A stretch of DNA of 64,000 nucleotides from a bacterium (GCA_021463465.1 JAJTYH010000003.1:3043-67042), one strand, 5' to 3'; counted from the first letter of the stretch, positions 1 through 10,779 are shown. The notes: generated by a model from the letters alone, not told the origin. Made by a program: numbers and translations.

Positions 1-2108
1 ACCTTATCGAGGAAATTCATAGTTTCCATAAATTTGGCTACAACTGTATTATATTGAAACCTCTCTAAGGCTGTTTTCGAGAATATATTTACCTTGTTTA
101 GAAAATGAGTTACTTCAGGAGATCCGTCTTCCTTAAACTTCTTCGAATTGTCAGCTACAAAGGAATAAACTCTCGATACAAAGCGCTTAACCCCATTAAG
201 TGCGCTTTCATTCCAAGCCATTGTAGAGTCAAAAGGCCCAATGAACATAAGGTATGCCCTAGCTACATCGGAACCTACTTTGGCTGTTACATCACCAGGA
301 ACAATTACATTTCCACGAGTTTTACTCATCCTTCGATTATCCGAACCCAAAATAACCCCGTGAGATACACGTTGATAGTACGGCTCAGGAGTAGTAACCG
401 CTTTCTGGTCATAAAGAAACTGATGAATAAACCTAGAGTAAAGCAGATGCAGGGTATTATGCTCATCACCACCAATATAAGTATCCACTGGCAACCAGTA
501 ACTCTGTTTGCTAAGGTCGGCAATAAACTCCTTGTTTAAAGGGTCTACATATCTAACAAAGTACCAGTCGCTCCCCGCCCAGTTAGGCATGGTATCCGTT
601 TCTCGCTTTGCAGGACCTTTACATACAGGACATATAGTATTCACCCATTCTTGCATATTCGCCAATGGACTCTCCCCTGTTTCAGTAGGTTCGTAACGCT
701 CTACCTCTGGCAATTTGATGGGCAAATCAGATTTCTTTACAGGAACCCAGCCGCACTTCTCACACTTAATCATAGGAATAGGTTCGCCCCAGTAATGTTG
801 ACGGCTAAAAATCCAATCTCTTAGGTGATACCTAACCGTTTTAGTGCCCCAACCCTGCTTTTCTATATAATCCATCATGAGTTTTGTAGCTTCATTAATC
901 TCTTTACCATCTAAGAAGCCCGAATTAATCATTACTCCAGACTCCTCCTGTACCTGTTTCTTATCAGTTATTTCTGATTGATCCCCGTCCTTGCCCACTA
1001 CAACCCTCAGAATTTCAAGTCCAAACTGCTTAGCGAACTCGAAATCACGAATATCATGACCCGGAACTCCGACTACAGCGCCTGTACCCACACTGCCCAA
1101 TACAAAATCCGTAATCCAAATAGGCATAGGCTTCTTAGTCAAGTGATTAATCGCGTATATACCAGTAAAGACACCTGTCTTTTCACCTTCAGAAACTTCT
1201 TTCTGACGTTCCAACTCAGATTTATCCAAAGTTGCTTTTACATACTTTTGTATTTCATCCAAATCCTGATTTGTCTTAATCTTTCCTTTAATTAGCTTTC
1301 CAACCAAAGGGTGTTCAGCAGCCAAAACAATAAAGGTGGCTCCGAAATTCGTGTCTGGGCGAGTTGTAGCCACTGTTACAGTCTCATCAGTACCTTGAAT
1401 AGGATAAGTGATATCAATCCACTCCTTCTTATCTATCCAGTTGATCTGAGCGGCCTTAACTTTTTCTATAAATGCAGTGTCTTTCAAACCATCAATCAAT
1501 CGATCAGCATAAGCTGTAATCTTTACAATCCACTGACTAATATTTCGCTTACTTGTTTTAGTACCACATCGTTCACAGTTACCATTTACAACCTCTTCAT
1601 CTGCTAACCCAATCTTACAAGAAGGACACCAGTTAATAGGTCGTTCTTCTTTGTAGGCTAAACCTTGTTCAAAGAGTTTAATGAAAATCAACTGAGTCCA
1701 TTTGTAGTAGTTCGGATCTGTTGTATTTACCTCTCGACTCCAGTCAAATGAAAAGCCTAAACTTTTCATCTCTTCCCTGAAGCTGTCCGTATTCTCTTTG
1801 GTTACATCCTGAGGTTTACGCTTCACCTTAATAGCATAGTTTTCTGTAGGTAAACCGAAAGCATCCCAACCCATTGGGAACAACACGTTATACCCTTGCA
1901 TACGCATAAATCGAGCGTAAACGTCACCACCTGTAAATGAAAAAGCGTGACCTACATGTAGCCCGCTACCACTTGGATATGGAAATTCAACAAGCACATA
2001 CTTCTTTTTCCGCCCCTTATCGTTATCGACCGCCTTATACAAATCACCTTCAAACCACTTATCTCGCCACTTCTCTTCTACTTTTTTGAAATCAAATATT
2101 TTTTTCAT
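1..2108 (-). CDS. leuS: Leucyl-tRNA synthetase (3' end runs off the window)
   Basis: Absent from the ORF track (no stop in window). Manual translation from ATG 2108: MKKIFDFKKVEEKW...VEFPYPSGSGLHVGH...PMGWDAFGLPTEN; DWIFSRQHYWGEPIP; KMSKS-equivalent RMSKT near 318-332. Confidence 0.97.
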   Translation of the reverse strand, partial: MKKIFDFKKVEEKWRDKWFEGDLYKAVDNDKGRKKKYVLVEFPYPSGSGLHVGHAFSFTGGDVYARFMRMQGYNVLFPMGWDAFGLPTENYAIKVKRKPQDVTKENTDSFREEMKSLGFSFDWSREVNTTDPNYYKWTQLIFIKLFEQGLAYKEERPINWCPSCKIGLADEEVVNGNCERCGTKTSKRNISQWIVKITAYADRLIDGLKDTAFIEKVKAAQINWIDKKEWIDITYPIQGTDETVTVATTRPDTNFGATFIVLAAEHPLVGKLIKGKIKTNQDLDEIQKYVKATLDKSELERQKEVSEGEKTGVFTGIYAINHLTKKPMPIWITDFVLGSVGTGAVVGVPGHDIRDFEFAKQFGLEILRVVVGKDGDQSEITDKKQVQEESGVMINSGFLDGKEINEATKLMMDYIEKQGWGTKTVRYHLRDWIFSRQHYWGEPIPMIKCEKCGWVPVKKSDLPIKLPEVERYEPTETGESPLANMQEWVNTICPVCKGPAKRETDTMPNWAGSDWYFVRYVDPLNKEFIADLSKQSYWLPVDTYIGGDEHNTLHLLYSRFIHQFLYDQKAVTTPEPYYQRVSHGVILGSDNRRMSKTRGNVIVPGDVTAKVGSDVARAYLMFIGPFDSTMAWNESALNGVKRFVSRVYSFVADNSKKFKEDGSPEVTHFLNKVNIFSKTALERFQYNTVVAKFMETMNFLDK

Positions 2109-2161
2109 AAAGACATTAATCAATTTAAACTGAAATTGGTTTTAATACAAAAGTTGATCCC

Positions 2162-2215
2162 CTAAGGGAGGAGGAGTTTTAATGTCTTAGTTGTGTAGAC
2201 AGAAGATTTTTGCAT
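2162..2215 (-). promoter_or_regulatory. Putative leuS leader peptide uORF MQKSSVYTTKTLKLLLP (attenuator)
   Basis: 17 codons ending TTA AAA CTC CTC CTC CCT TAG; TATAAT (2223-2228) 7 nt before its ATG; 10-bp inverted repeat 2179-2188 / 2110-2119 next to the leuS ATG. Confidence 0.7.
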
Positions 2216-2312
2216 TTACGGGATTATAGCTCAAAGAAAGGAGAAAATAAATAAAAGCGATATCCCTAATTCTTTGATTTCGTCGAGCAGTGAAGATAAA
2301 ACGATTTATCAT

Positions 2313-2389
2313 TGGTGGACCTGGTGGGATTTGAACCCACTACCCCTTCTATGCCATAGAAGTGCTCTAGCCAAGTGAGCTACAGGCCC
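2313..2389 (-). tRNA. tRNA-Ala(GGC), CCA encoded
   Basis: Cloverleaf GGGCCTG...CAGGTCCA-CCA, G3:U70, anticodon arm CTTCT-ATGGCAT-AGAAG. Confidence 0.95.
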
Positions 2390-2407
2390 TAAACTATGTT
2401 GTACTCA

Positions 2408-2480
2408 TGGACTCAGCCGGAGTCGAACCGGCGACCTTCGCAATGCGAATGCGACGTTCTACCAACTGAACTATGAGCCC
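2408..2480 (-). tRNA. tRNA-Ala(CGC), no encoded CCA
   Basis: Cloverleaf GGGCTCA...TGAGTCCA, G3:U70, anticodon arm TCGCA-TTCGCAT-TGCGA. Confidence 0.95.
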
Positions 2481-2509
2481 AACTTCCGCGATTATACCAC
2501 TGCTAAATA

Positions 2510-3934
2510 CTAATACCAACAATAACTAGCGTGTGAAGAAGTTGAGGAGGACTTGAAATACGGAGATGGGTTAACATCGTTCCAACTATCCCATCTACCC
2601 CTAATTAGCATCATGTGTACATGCGTACCTGTGGCATAACCAGTACGGCCCATCTTCCCAATAACCTGGCCACCTGACACTGTTGAGCCACTTCCTACAT
2701 ATATATCGTCCAGATGTCCGTAAATAGTTGAGTACCCATTACCGTGATCAATTGCAACTGTCCAAGCTAAACCAGTCCCTCCCCACGAACCTATGCCCCT
2801 TGGAGGGCAGTTACCACTTTGACATCCTGCAAACACAACCTTACCTGGAGCCGACGCAACAATTTTAGGATAACTACCATTAGTATCTCTAATATCCATA
2901 CCATTATGATACCCATTCCAACATTGGCTTACACCCCCCTGTCCACCCGAGACTGGCCAATTAAGGAATCTATTCGCTGAAGATACTTTAATAGAGCCCT
3001 TTGTAAATGTTACTGGAGGTCTAAACACTCCAGAGTAGATAACCTTAGGAGGTGATTTAATTACAGGTTTTTCTATTGGGGTAGCACCAGGGATAAGGAT
3101 AGTTTCGCCAGATTGAAGCTCATATGGATACTCTTTCAGATTCTTCTCTGCAATAAGCTGTGGGTTAATCTTGTACTTTTTTCCAAGCGTATAGACTGTA
3201 TCACCCTTTTTTGCTTTTACAACAACACCATTGTAAGGAGGAACATTTAATACGTCGCCTGGACGAATTACATCATCTTGAATAAATGGGTTTGCCCATA
3301 AAAGAGTATCAGTTGATATGTCATTGTTCTCAGCTATTTTAAATAGTGTATCACCAGGTTTAACTGTATAATTTAAGAACTCTGTCCTACCTCTTTCCTT
3401 AGGTGAAGGAGTTGTACTTGTCCCCCTTTGTACTAACCTATCTTCTCTGTTTAATGTCGTCGTACCTTGTGCAAATATACTCGTATATCTAACGCCAGAA
3501 ACTGGAGATGACGACTTATAAGCGTAGCCCATAAGAAAGACTAGGAATATAACGAGTACAATAAAATGTAATGAGAATTTGAAGATTCCTCCTCTACCCC
3601 AAAATAGATTTCTAACAAAAAACTTTCTAAAACCCTCTGTATACTGATTTATAAGCTCACCTAACACTCCAACCAATACCAACGCAACTCTCAATCGTAA
3701 TGCAGTGTATGAAAAAAAATCTAGAAAGAACAGTACAATGGCGCTTCCCTTGTATTTCTTCTTAGCATAAGCTACCTGCTGGTTAATTTTTAATCTCCAT
3801 CTAAGGAAGATTGATGTGTCAGAGTAATTAAATGAAAGAGACTCATCTTTAGCAATATCACTATCTTCAACAGAGTCCAGGAGTCGTTTGATACTACGTT
3901 TTGCGATATTTTGTATTGAAGGTTCACCCTTCAT
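2510..3934 (-). CDS. Membrane-anchored LysM + M23 metallopeptidase
   Basis: N-terminal TM segments, two LysM repeats (YTVKPGDTLFKIA; AKKGDTVYTLG), M23 motifs HNGMD, YGHL, HVH. Confidence 0.9.
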   Translation of the reverse strand: MKGEPSIQNIAKRSIKRLLDSVEDSDIAKDESLSFNYSDTSIFLRWRLKINQQVAYAKKKYKGSAIVLFFLDFFSYTALRLRVALVLVGVLGELINQYTEGFRKFFVRNLFWGRGGIFKFSLHFIVLVIFLVFLMGYAYKSSSPVSGVRYTSIFAQGTTTLNREDRLVQRGTSTTPSPKERGRTEFLNYTVKPGDTLFKIAENNDISTDTLLWANPFIQDDVIRPGDVLNVPPYNGVVVKAKKGDTVYTLGKKYKINPQLIAEKNLKEYPYELQSGETILIPGATPIEKPVIKSPPKVIYSGVFRPPVTFTKGSIKVSSANRFLNWPVSGGQGGVSQCWNGYHNGMDIRDTNGSYPKIVASAPGKVVFAGCQSGNCPPRGIGSWGGTGLAWTVAIDHGNGYSTIYGHLDDIYVGSGSTVSGGQVIGKMGRTGYATGTHVHMMLIRGRWDSWNDVNPSPYFKSSSTSSHASYCWY

Positions 3935-3954
3935 AGTCTTTGATTATACCAGAA

Positions 3955-5211
3955 TTAAGCCTCGTGCAACTTGGCTAAGAATTCCACATTATTTTTGGTC
4001 TTCTTCATTCTGGAAACAAGCACTTCAGTTGGCTCTTCATTGTTATCTAAAACCTCAAGCATACGCCTAATTCTCCATGATTGGTTTAGTACTTCCTTAC
4101 CGAGCAAGAACTCTTCATTTCGAGTTCCGGAATTAATAACATCGATTGCGGGATAGATTCTACGGTTAGAAAGATTTCTGTCTAAATGCAATTCCATGTT
4201 ACCTGTACCTTTGAATTCTTCATAAACCAAGTCATCCATCTTGGAACCTGTATTCACAAGTGCAGTAGCCACAATGGTTAAACTACCGCCATTCTCAAAA
4301 TTTCGAGCAGCACCAAAGAATCTCTTTGGAGGATAAAGGGCCACTGGATCAAATCCACCTGATAGAGTCTTACCTGATGTAGGCATAGTAATGTTATAAG
4401 CACGAGCCAAACGCGTAACGCTATCCATAAGGATAACTACATCTTCACCCCACTCAACCATTCGCTTAGCTTTTTCAAGCGCCATTTCGGCAACCTTACA
4501 GTTATACTCTGGCATCTCGTCAAAGTTAGAGGCAAAGACTTCACCTTTAACACTTCGCTGCATGTCCGTGACCTCTTCGGGTCTCTCACCCACTAACACT
4601 ACAATCAATTTAGCCTCGGGATGATTCTTCGTAATACCAGCAGCGATATCTTTAAGTAACCACGTCTTACCTGATTTAGGAGGCGAAACAATCATAGATC
4701 GCTGACCAAAACCGATAGGACTAAGTAAATCGATTACTCTGGTAGAGATAATATCGCTTTCAGTCTCAAGTTTAATCTGTTTGTTTGGAAAGATTGGAGT
4801 TAACTTATGGAAGAAAGGTCTTGCAGCAGCTTCAGCAGCTGGCCTACCGTAAACGGTATCAACCCTGAGCAAACTCAAATACTTTTCTTTATCCTTTGGA
4901 AGCCTTGCAGGACCAGCAACTACATCTCCTGGTCTTAAGCTAAACTTTTTAATCTGTGAACCGGAAATATATACATCGTTTTCCCCTTGTAATGGACCAT
5001 CGGTTCTCAAAACACCATGTGAACCATCGTTCATCACTTCAAGAAGCCCCTCAACAAAGATAAAGCCTTCTTTTTCAGTAGAAAGCTTTAATATTTCAAT
5101 AATCAAATCTCTCTTGGGTAATTCCATGAAATCTTGCATGCCAATTTCTTTGGCTTTGGTGCGCAACTGAGCCAGCGTTTGCTGCTCCAAATCTTTTATT
5201 GATACGTCCAT
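3955..5211 (-). CDS. rho: Transcription termination factor Rho
   Basis: [51 protein letters not shown]. Confidence 0.98.
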   Translation of the reverse strand: MDVSIKDLEQQTLAQLRTKAKEIGMQDFMELPKRDLIIEILKLSTEKEGFIFVEGLLEVMNDGSHGVLRTDGPLQGENDVYISGSQIKKFSLRPGDVVAGPARLPKDKEKYLSLLRVDTVYGRPAAEAAARPFFHKLTPIFPNKQIKLETESDIISTRVIDLLSPIGFGQRSMIVSPPKSGKTWLLKDIAAGITKNHPEAKLIVVLVGERPEEVTDMQRSVKGEVFASNFDEMPEYNCKVAEMALEKAKRMVEWGEDVVILMDSVTRLARAYNITMPTSGKTLSGGFDPVALYPPKRFFGAARNFENGGSLTIVATALVNTGSKMDDLVYEEFKGTGNMELHLDRNLSNRRIYPAIDVINSGTRNEEFLLGKEVLNQSWRIRRMLEVLDNNEEPTEVLVSRMKKTKNNVEFLAKLHEA

Positions 5212-5297
5212 AATGGGAAAAAATAAATAATGAAAATAAAGATAATGGGTTCGACAGGTAAAGTATATGTAACAGAAAAATTAATGTCAAACTTGAG

Positions 5298-5548
5298 AAT
5301 AAAAGGGTGGGATCGGTACTGCCCCGACCGACCCCGATCTCTTAGTACAGAGAGTACAAACAAATCGGCGTGCAATAGTATTGCATCCACAATCCCCTTT
5401 TCCGAGGGCCCAGTAAATGGGTTTACCAAACCAAACCCTGGGAAAAAGAGACTATTTTCTTTATGAATTTTTCCTGTTGCCCAGCAGTGTTTAGCACCCC
5501 AGACAAAGGGAGAAATCCACAAAGATTTACACGCCTTTTGAAAGATCT
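5298..5548 (-). ncRNA. Putative structured RNA / long rho leader
   Basis: Downstream of a near-consensus promoter; nested long-range helices (5527-5535 with 5367-5375 and others) and a 3' GC hairpin 5309-5335 followed by a U-rich tract. Confidence 0.45.
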
Positions 5549-5554
5549 ATTCGA

Positions 5555-5583
5555 AGTATATCCCAGTTAAGGTATATTGTCAA
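5555..5583 (-). promoter_or_regulatory. sigma70-type promoter
   Basis: TTGACA-17 nt-TATACT. Confidence 0.85.
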
Positions 5584-5724
5584 CCTATAAGAATAGTCCT
5601 TAAGCAGACCTTCCTGTTTAAAGCCGTGCTCGTGGGCTAAGTTCCTTGGTACTACCGCATATGTTACGATTACAATAAGGCAGCGTTATTGTTACGAAAA
5701 GTGTGGAAACATGGACGCAAAAAT

Positions 5725-7023
5725 TTATAACTGCTTTATATTCGTTGAACCTGACATGCCCGAAACAAGCTTGTAGCCGAGTCTTTTAGCCTCTTTGGCT
5801 ACTGTTTTGTATGTGCCCCCTCGCCTTATTTCACCAGTCAACCCTACTTCCCCGAAATACACAGACTTAGAGCTTAACGTTTCATCTCTGGATGCCGACT
5901 TGATCGCCATGCATAGAGCAAGGTCTAAAGAAGGATCGCCGACCTCCACACCTCCGACAACATTTACAAACACATCTTTGTCGCCTAAATAAACGCCGCC
6001 TCTACGCGACAACACCGCACATAACATATCCAATCTTTGCTTCCTAACGCCATTAGCCACGCGCCTTAAAGGGCCGAATTCACTTCCCCTATCAACCACT
6101 AACGCTTGAACCTCTACAAATACCACCCTAGATCCCTTTAATATAGAGCCAATCGCTGTACCTTCCCCCCAGTTCTCATCATCTAAAAAGGCTTGGGAAG
6201 GATTTTCAACCTGAACCATACCCTCTGAACTCATTTCGAATACTCCTATTTCATCTGTCGCTCCAAACCTATTCTTCCCAGCCCTAAGTATCCTAAACTG
6301 CGAATATTCACCTCCTTCAAAAAACATTACAGAATCAACAATATGCTCCAATACTTTAGGGCCAGCAACGCTACCCTCTTTTGTAATCTGACCGATAACA
6401 AAAACTGCGGCATTATAAAACTTAGCTATACGTGTTAACTTCGCACCGCAAACCCTTACCTGACCTATACTTCCAGCATAACTCCTTACGGTTTCAGAGG
6501 AGAGCGACTGTACGGAATCAACTATCACCAAATCAGGCATTTCCGCTTCTACCAAAGCATCTATAGCTTCCACTACAACATCTTCAGAAACTAATAAGTT
6601 ACTATAGGAGTTTGCTTTTGATATACGTTTTATCCTAGAGTAAATTTGGCTAGCTGACTCCTCTCCTGAGATGTAAAGAACCTTTTTAGTTTGTGATAGA
6701 TTGACCGCAATCTGAGATAAAAGCGTTGATTTACCTATACCAGGTTCACCCGCAATTAAAGTTATACTGCCAGGTACAATTCCACCTCCCAAAACTCTGT
6801 CAAACTCAGTAAAACCACTAAGTAGCCTTGCAGATGGAGCATTAGACTTTCTGCTTATTTCATTGAATTTATAAGCCTTACCAACGTATTCTTTCTTTTT
6901 ACTTTTGCCTTCAGCTTTCGAATCTTCTACAGCCTCCTGAAGACTATCCCACTCACCACAAGCAGAGCACCTTCCTGACCATTTTAAATACTCAGCATTA
7001 CAGTTAGTACAAAAGTATTTCAT
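5725..7023 (-). CDS. radA: DNA repair protein RadA/Sms
   Basis: C4 zinc finger, GEPGIGKST, KNRFG motif, Lon-like C-terminus. Confidence 0.97.
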   Translation of the reverse strand: MKYFCTNCNAEYLKWSGRCSACGEWDSLQEAVEDSKAEGKSKKKEYVGKAYKFNEISRKSNAPSARLLSGFTEFDRVLGGGIVPGSITLIAGEPGIGKSTLLSQIAVNLSQTKKVLYISGEESASQIYSRIKRISKANSYSNLLVSEDVVVEAIDALVEAEMPDLVIVDSVQSLSSETVRSYAGSIGQVRVCGAKLTRIAKFYNAAVFVIGQITKEGSVAGPKVLEHIVDSVMFFEGGEYSQFRILRAGKNRFGATDEIGVFEMSSEGMVQVENPSQAFLDDENWGEGTAIGSILKGSRVVFVEVQALVVDRGSEFGPLRRVANGVRKQRLDMLCAVLSRRGGVYLGDKDVFVNVVGGVEVGDPSLDLALCMAIKSASRDETLSSKSVYFGEVGLTGEIRRGGTYKTVAKEAKRLGYKLVSGMSGSTNIKQL

Positions 7024-9506
7024 TTCGCTATATATATCTCAGAGTTTTTGATATCTAAAACAACTTCTTTAAGCTTCTTATCACCCTCGTTTTCAGGATT
7101 TTCAAGGATATGGTTAGCAAGTACACTTTCAACACTATCCTGAAGCATACGGCGCAATGGCCTTGCTCCATATTCATCACTAAACCCTTCCCTGACCAAG
7201 TGCTCTTTAACTTTATCCTTAATCAGGACCTTAAAACCAACACTCTTCAATCTCTTATTTAGCTGCGAAATAAGTAGATCTACGATTTTTTTAGCATCTG
7301 ATTTTGTTAAGGAACGGAAAATGACAATATCGTCTAACCGATTAATCAATTCTGGCCGTAAAGTCTCCTTCAGTCTCTTAACTAGCTGGTCTCTCATACT
7401 CTCATAAGCGCCCTCAGTCTTACTATCAGTCCTATTATCACTCTCTCCTCGATCTGCAACAAATCCTAAAACTTTATCTCTTCTTATATCTTCAGCACCA
7501 ATGTTGGAAGTAAGTACTACTACGGTATTCTTAAAGTCTACACGTCGCCCTTTCCCATCAGTTAGATGGCCGTACTCTAAAATCTGTAGCAGAATATTAA
7601 GTACATCATTATGAGCTTTTTCTATTTCATCAAACAAAACTACCGAATGTGGATGCTGACGAATCTTCTCAGTTAATTGACCACCTTCGCGATACCCAAT
7701 ATAGCCAGGGGGTGAGCCAATAAGCTTGGATACACTATGCATCTCCATAAGCTCACTCATATCAATTTGTACCAGCCTATCCTCATTTCCAAAAAGTTCC
7801 TCGGTAAGAGCCTTTGCAAGCTCCGTCTTACCTACCCCAGTTGGACCCAGAAACAAGAAAGATGCCCATGGCCTATCCTCGTCTGATATCCCTGTTCTGG
7901 CTCTCTTAATAGCATTGGACACGACATCTACAGCTTCATTTTGTCCAACAACTCTCCTATTAAGTGACTTATTTATGTTTATCAGCCCGGATCTCTCATC
8001 ATTACCTAAGGTAGTAATCGGGATACCAGTCCACTTTGAGACAACCTTTCTAACAGTAGAAATATCTACCTCATACTCTTTACTTTTAGCAACTTCTAAC
8101 CTCTTTTTCTCGAACTTATCAATCTCAGATTTGAGCTTGTGCTCTTTTGACTTAAGGACCTGAGCCTCTTCCATAAGATCCTTTTTAATAGCTGATACCT
8201 TCTCTACTTGAACTGTCCTTAGCTCACTTAAAAGATCAGAAATACCTCCGTATTCAGCCTCAGCCTCAAGCTTCATAGTAGCTGCGGCCTCATCAAGTAG
8301 GTCGATTGCCTTATCAGGTAGAAATCTTTCACTGACATATCTATCTGATAATTTAACTGAACCTTCTAGGGCTTCTTTGCTAATCCTTACACCGTGGTGA
8401 GTTTCAAGAATTGGTTTAATCCGTTTTAGAATTTGAATCGTATCTAATACAGAGGTTTCCTCAACAAATACTGGCTGGAACCTTCTTACTAAAGCATTAT
8501 CCTCTTCAAAATACTGTCGGTACTCGTTACTCGTTGTTGCACCGATACATCTAAAATCATTACGAGTTAAAGCTGGTTTTAGTACCGCAACAATATCCGA
8601 AGGCATACCAGGAATTCCGCTGCTTAATATGTTATGAATTTCATCGATAAAAACAATAATGTCAGAGGAAGACGTCACTTCTTTAACTATAGCCATCATT
8701 TTCTCCTCCACATCCCCTCTCATTTTGCTTCCCGCCATGATACTTGAAATATCCAGAGCAATGATTCTAGATTCTTTTAAAGCTTGAGGTACGTTTCCAT
8801 CAGCAATTCGTTGGGACAAAGCTTCAATCAATGCTGTCTTACCTACTCCTGCCTCACCTACAATAATAGGATTATTCTTTTTTCTACGGCTTAGTACATT
8901 GATTATCTTTTCTATTTCAGTATCTCGGCCAATAACAGGATCAAGCTGACCTGCCTCTGCTTCCTTTACTAAATCCCTCCCAAATACGCTAAGTGCTGAC
9001 TGTTCCGGCATTATGGAAGGTACATTATCAGGCTTAGAAAGAATCCCCATAGGATAGGTAGCATAGTTAAACAATGCTTCTTCAAAAGCTTTGTAATCCA
9101 AACCCTTCTTACCCAGGTTTAATGTGAACTCATCTTGTTGCTTAAGTAGTGATAATAGTATATGTTCTGTTCCCACATATACATGCGAGAGCTTACTAGC
9201 TATTGAATACGCACCCCTAATTATCTTCTTGGTGGATTCTGATAAATTGAAATCTAACCGAGTCTTTGAATCTTTTTTAAACTCAAATTGCTTATCATTT
9301 ACTATATACTTTAAAATATCGCCCATATCTACTCCCATAGTATATAGCGTGCGAGTACCCAATGATGCCTTGTTGTGTATAATGCCTAAAAATATATGAA
9401 TAGGTTCAATCTCATGTGAGAACATCTGAATAGCTATTTCAGCCGCTAGATTGATCGACTGTCGAGCATTTTCACTTAGTTTTGTAAGAATGTTGCCTTT
9501 AGTCAT
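7020..9506 (-). CDS. clpC: ATP-dependent Clp protease ATPase ClpC
   Basis: Clp N repeats, two AAA+ modules (GEAGVGKT, GPTGVGKT), short middle coiled coil, LGF ClpP-docking loop. Confidence 0.93.
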   Translation of the reverse strand: MTKGNILTKLSENARQSINLAAEIAIQMFSHEIEPIHIFLGIIHNKASLGTRTLYTMGVDMGDILKYIVNDKQFEFKKDSKTRLDFNLSESTKKIIRGAYSIASKLSHVYVGTEHILLSLLKQQDEFTLNLGKKGLDYKAFEEALFNYATYPMGILSKPDNVPSIMPEQSALSVFGRDLVKEAEAGQLDPVIGRDTEIEKIINVLSRRKKNNPIIVGEAGVGKTALIEALSQRIADGNVPQALKESRIIALDISSIMAGSKMRGDVEEKMMAIVKEVTSSSDIIVFIDEIHNILSSGIPGMPSDIVAVLKPALTRNDFRCIGATTSNEYRQYFEEDNALVRRFQPVFVEETSVLDTIQILKRIKPILETHHGVRISKEALEGSVKLSDRYVSERFLPDKAIDLLDEAAATMKLEAEAEYGGISDLLSELRTVQVEKVSAIKKDLMEEAQVLKSKEHKLKSEIDKFEKKRLEVAKSKEYEVDISTVRKVVSKWTGIPITTLGNDERSGLININKSLNRRVVGQNEAVDVVSNAIKRARTGISDEDRPWASFLFLGPTGVGKTELAKALTEELFGNEDRLVQIDMSELMEMHSVSKLIGSPPGYIGYREGGQLTEKIRQHPHSVVLFDEIEKAHNDVLNILLQILEYGHLTDGKGRRVDFKNTVVVLTSNIGAEDIRRDKVLGFVADRGESDNRTDSKTEGAYESMRDQLVKRLKETLRPELINRLDDIVIFRSLTKSDAKKIVDLLISQLNKRLKSVGFKVLIKDKVKEHLVREGFSDEYGARPLRRMLQDSVESVLANHILENPENEGDKKLKEVVLDIKNSEIYIAK

Positions 9507-9570
9507 AGCTGATGCTTACGCCATTAATTATACCATAGAGGTCAACAACGACTTCTTTAATAATTACAGA

Positions 9571-10779
9571 TTATTCTTTAGGAAGTTCCGCCTCAATCGC
9601 CTCTTCAACAGCTGCGGCCAACTCCTTTTTTGAAATCTTCTTAACTTTCTTTTCAGTCTGAACTGCTTTGATACTAAGTCCCAAATGACGTTCAGTTGAG
9701 CTGATTGAAAGAATCTTAACTTTAACTGGATCGCCTTCTTTAACTATATCTTCAGGGTTTTTAACCAACATATCTGACATTTCAGAAATGTGAATCAAAC
9801 CGTTAAGGCCTTCGCCCAGTCGGACAAATGCACCGTAAGGTACGACTCTTTGCACACTACCTTCAACCACATCACCAACCTTGAACTTAGAAATAGCTTC
9901 AGACCAAGGGTCTTTTTGTAGTCGCTTAATACTGTAAGCAACACGCTTACCACTATCAAACATCCCAATTACCATAACATCTACTGGATCCCCTACTTTA
10001 TAGATATTGCTAATGTCTTCAACCTTGTCCCATGAAAGCTCAGATAAATGAACTAAACCTTCCAGTCCAGCTGCGTTAACGAATACACCAAACGGCGCAA
10101 TACCACTGATATGACCTTTAAGGGTATCACCTTCCTTAACCTTCTTAAGGGTGTCTTCTCGCTGCTCAATATCTCGGGCCTGTGTGACCATTTTCTCGGA
10201 AAGGATAATCCTATTCTTCTCACGATCAAGCTCAATAATCTTAGTCTTAATCTTGGTACCAATAAGAGAAGTAAGTTTCTTTTGAACTTTCTCGTTAATA
10301 TCCTTACCAACTCTCCTTACCCCATCTGCATAAACGCGCGAGGCATCAAGCTGAGAAGTGGGGATAAATCCACGAATATCCTTGCCTAACTCTACTATAA
10401 GTCCACCGTTATTAGACTCAACAACAGTAGCGTCAACAACATCATTCTTTTTCTTTGCTTCATCCAATTTCAACCAGGTACCTGCCTGCTGAGTTCTTCT
10501 AACAGAAAGAATCAACTGACCTTCTTCATCTTCGGGCTTAACCACGTACACCAAAAGCTTATCTCCAACCTTTTGATCCAGAGGGTTAAATCCATCAGCC
10601 TTAAGTTCTCTCCCAGCAACAATACCTTCTGATTTGTAACCAACATCTACTACAATAATTCCAGGTCTAACATCAACAATAAGACCTTCTACAATATCTC
10701 CACGGTGGAGAATCTTAGGTTGATTAGCTGAATCTGAAATGAATTTCTGCAGTGCAGAATATAACTTCTTGTCGTCCAT
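9571..10779 (-). CDS. rpsA: 30S ribosomal protein S1 (4 S1 domains)
   Basis: Repeated S1 motifs (GLVHLSELSW, GLIHISEMS); start placed at MDDKKL. Confidence 0.93.
   Translation of the reverse strand: MDDKKLYSALQKFISDSANQPKILHRGDIVEGLIVDVRPGIIVVDVGYKSEGIVAGRELKADGFNPLDQKVGDKLLVYVVKPEDEEGQLILSVRRTQQAGTWLKLDEAKKKNDVVDATVVESNNGGLIVELGKDIRGFIPTSQLDASRVYADGVRRVGKDINEKVQKKLTSLIGTKIKTKIIELDREKNRIILSEKMVTQARDIEQREDTLKKVKEGDTLKGHISGIAPFGVFVNAAGLEGLVHLSELSWDKVEDISNIYKVGDPVDVMVIGMFDSGKRVAYSIKRLQKDPWSEAISKFKVGDVVEGSVQRVVPYGAFVRLGEGLNGLIHISEMSDMLVKNPEDIVKEGDPVKVKILSISSTERHLGLSIKAVQTEKKVKKISKKELAAAVEEAIEAELPKE

Noticed and set aside
318-332. RMSKT instead of KMSKS in LeuRS
   Set aside because: The catalytic second Lys is kept; within normal class I variation
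105-1607. Several + strand ORFs and one short - strand ORF
   Set aside because: Shadows of leuS, which the track missed because its stop lies outside the window
5585-5720. Possible GNAT relic (VVPRNLAHEHGFKQEGLLKDY, - strand) or RNase P 3' end
   Set aside because: Too short, no start codon, and no matching RNase P P4 5' strand; may be chance
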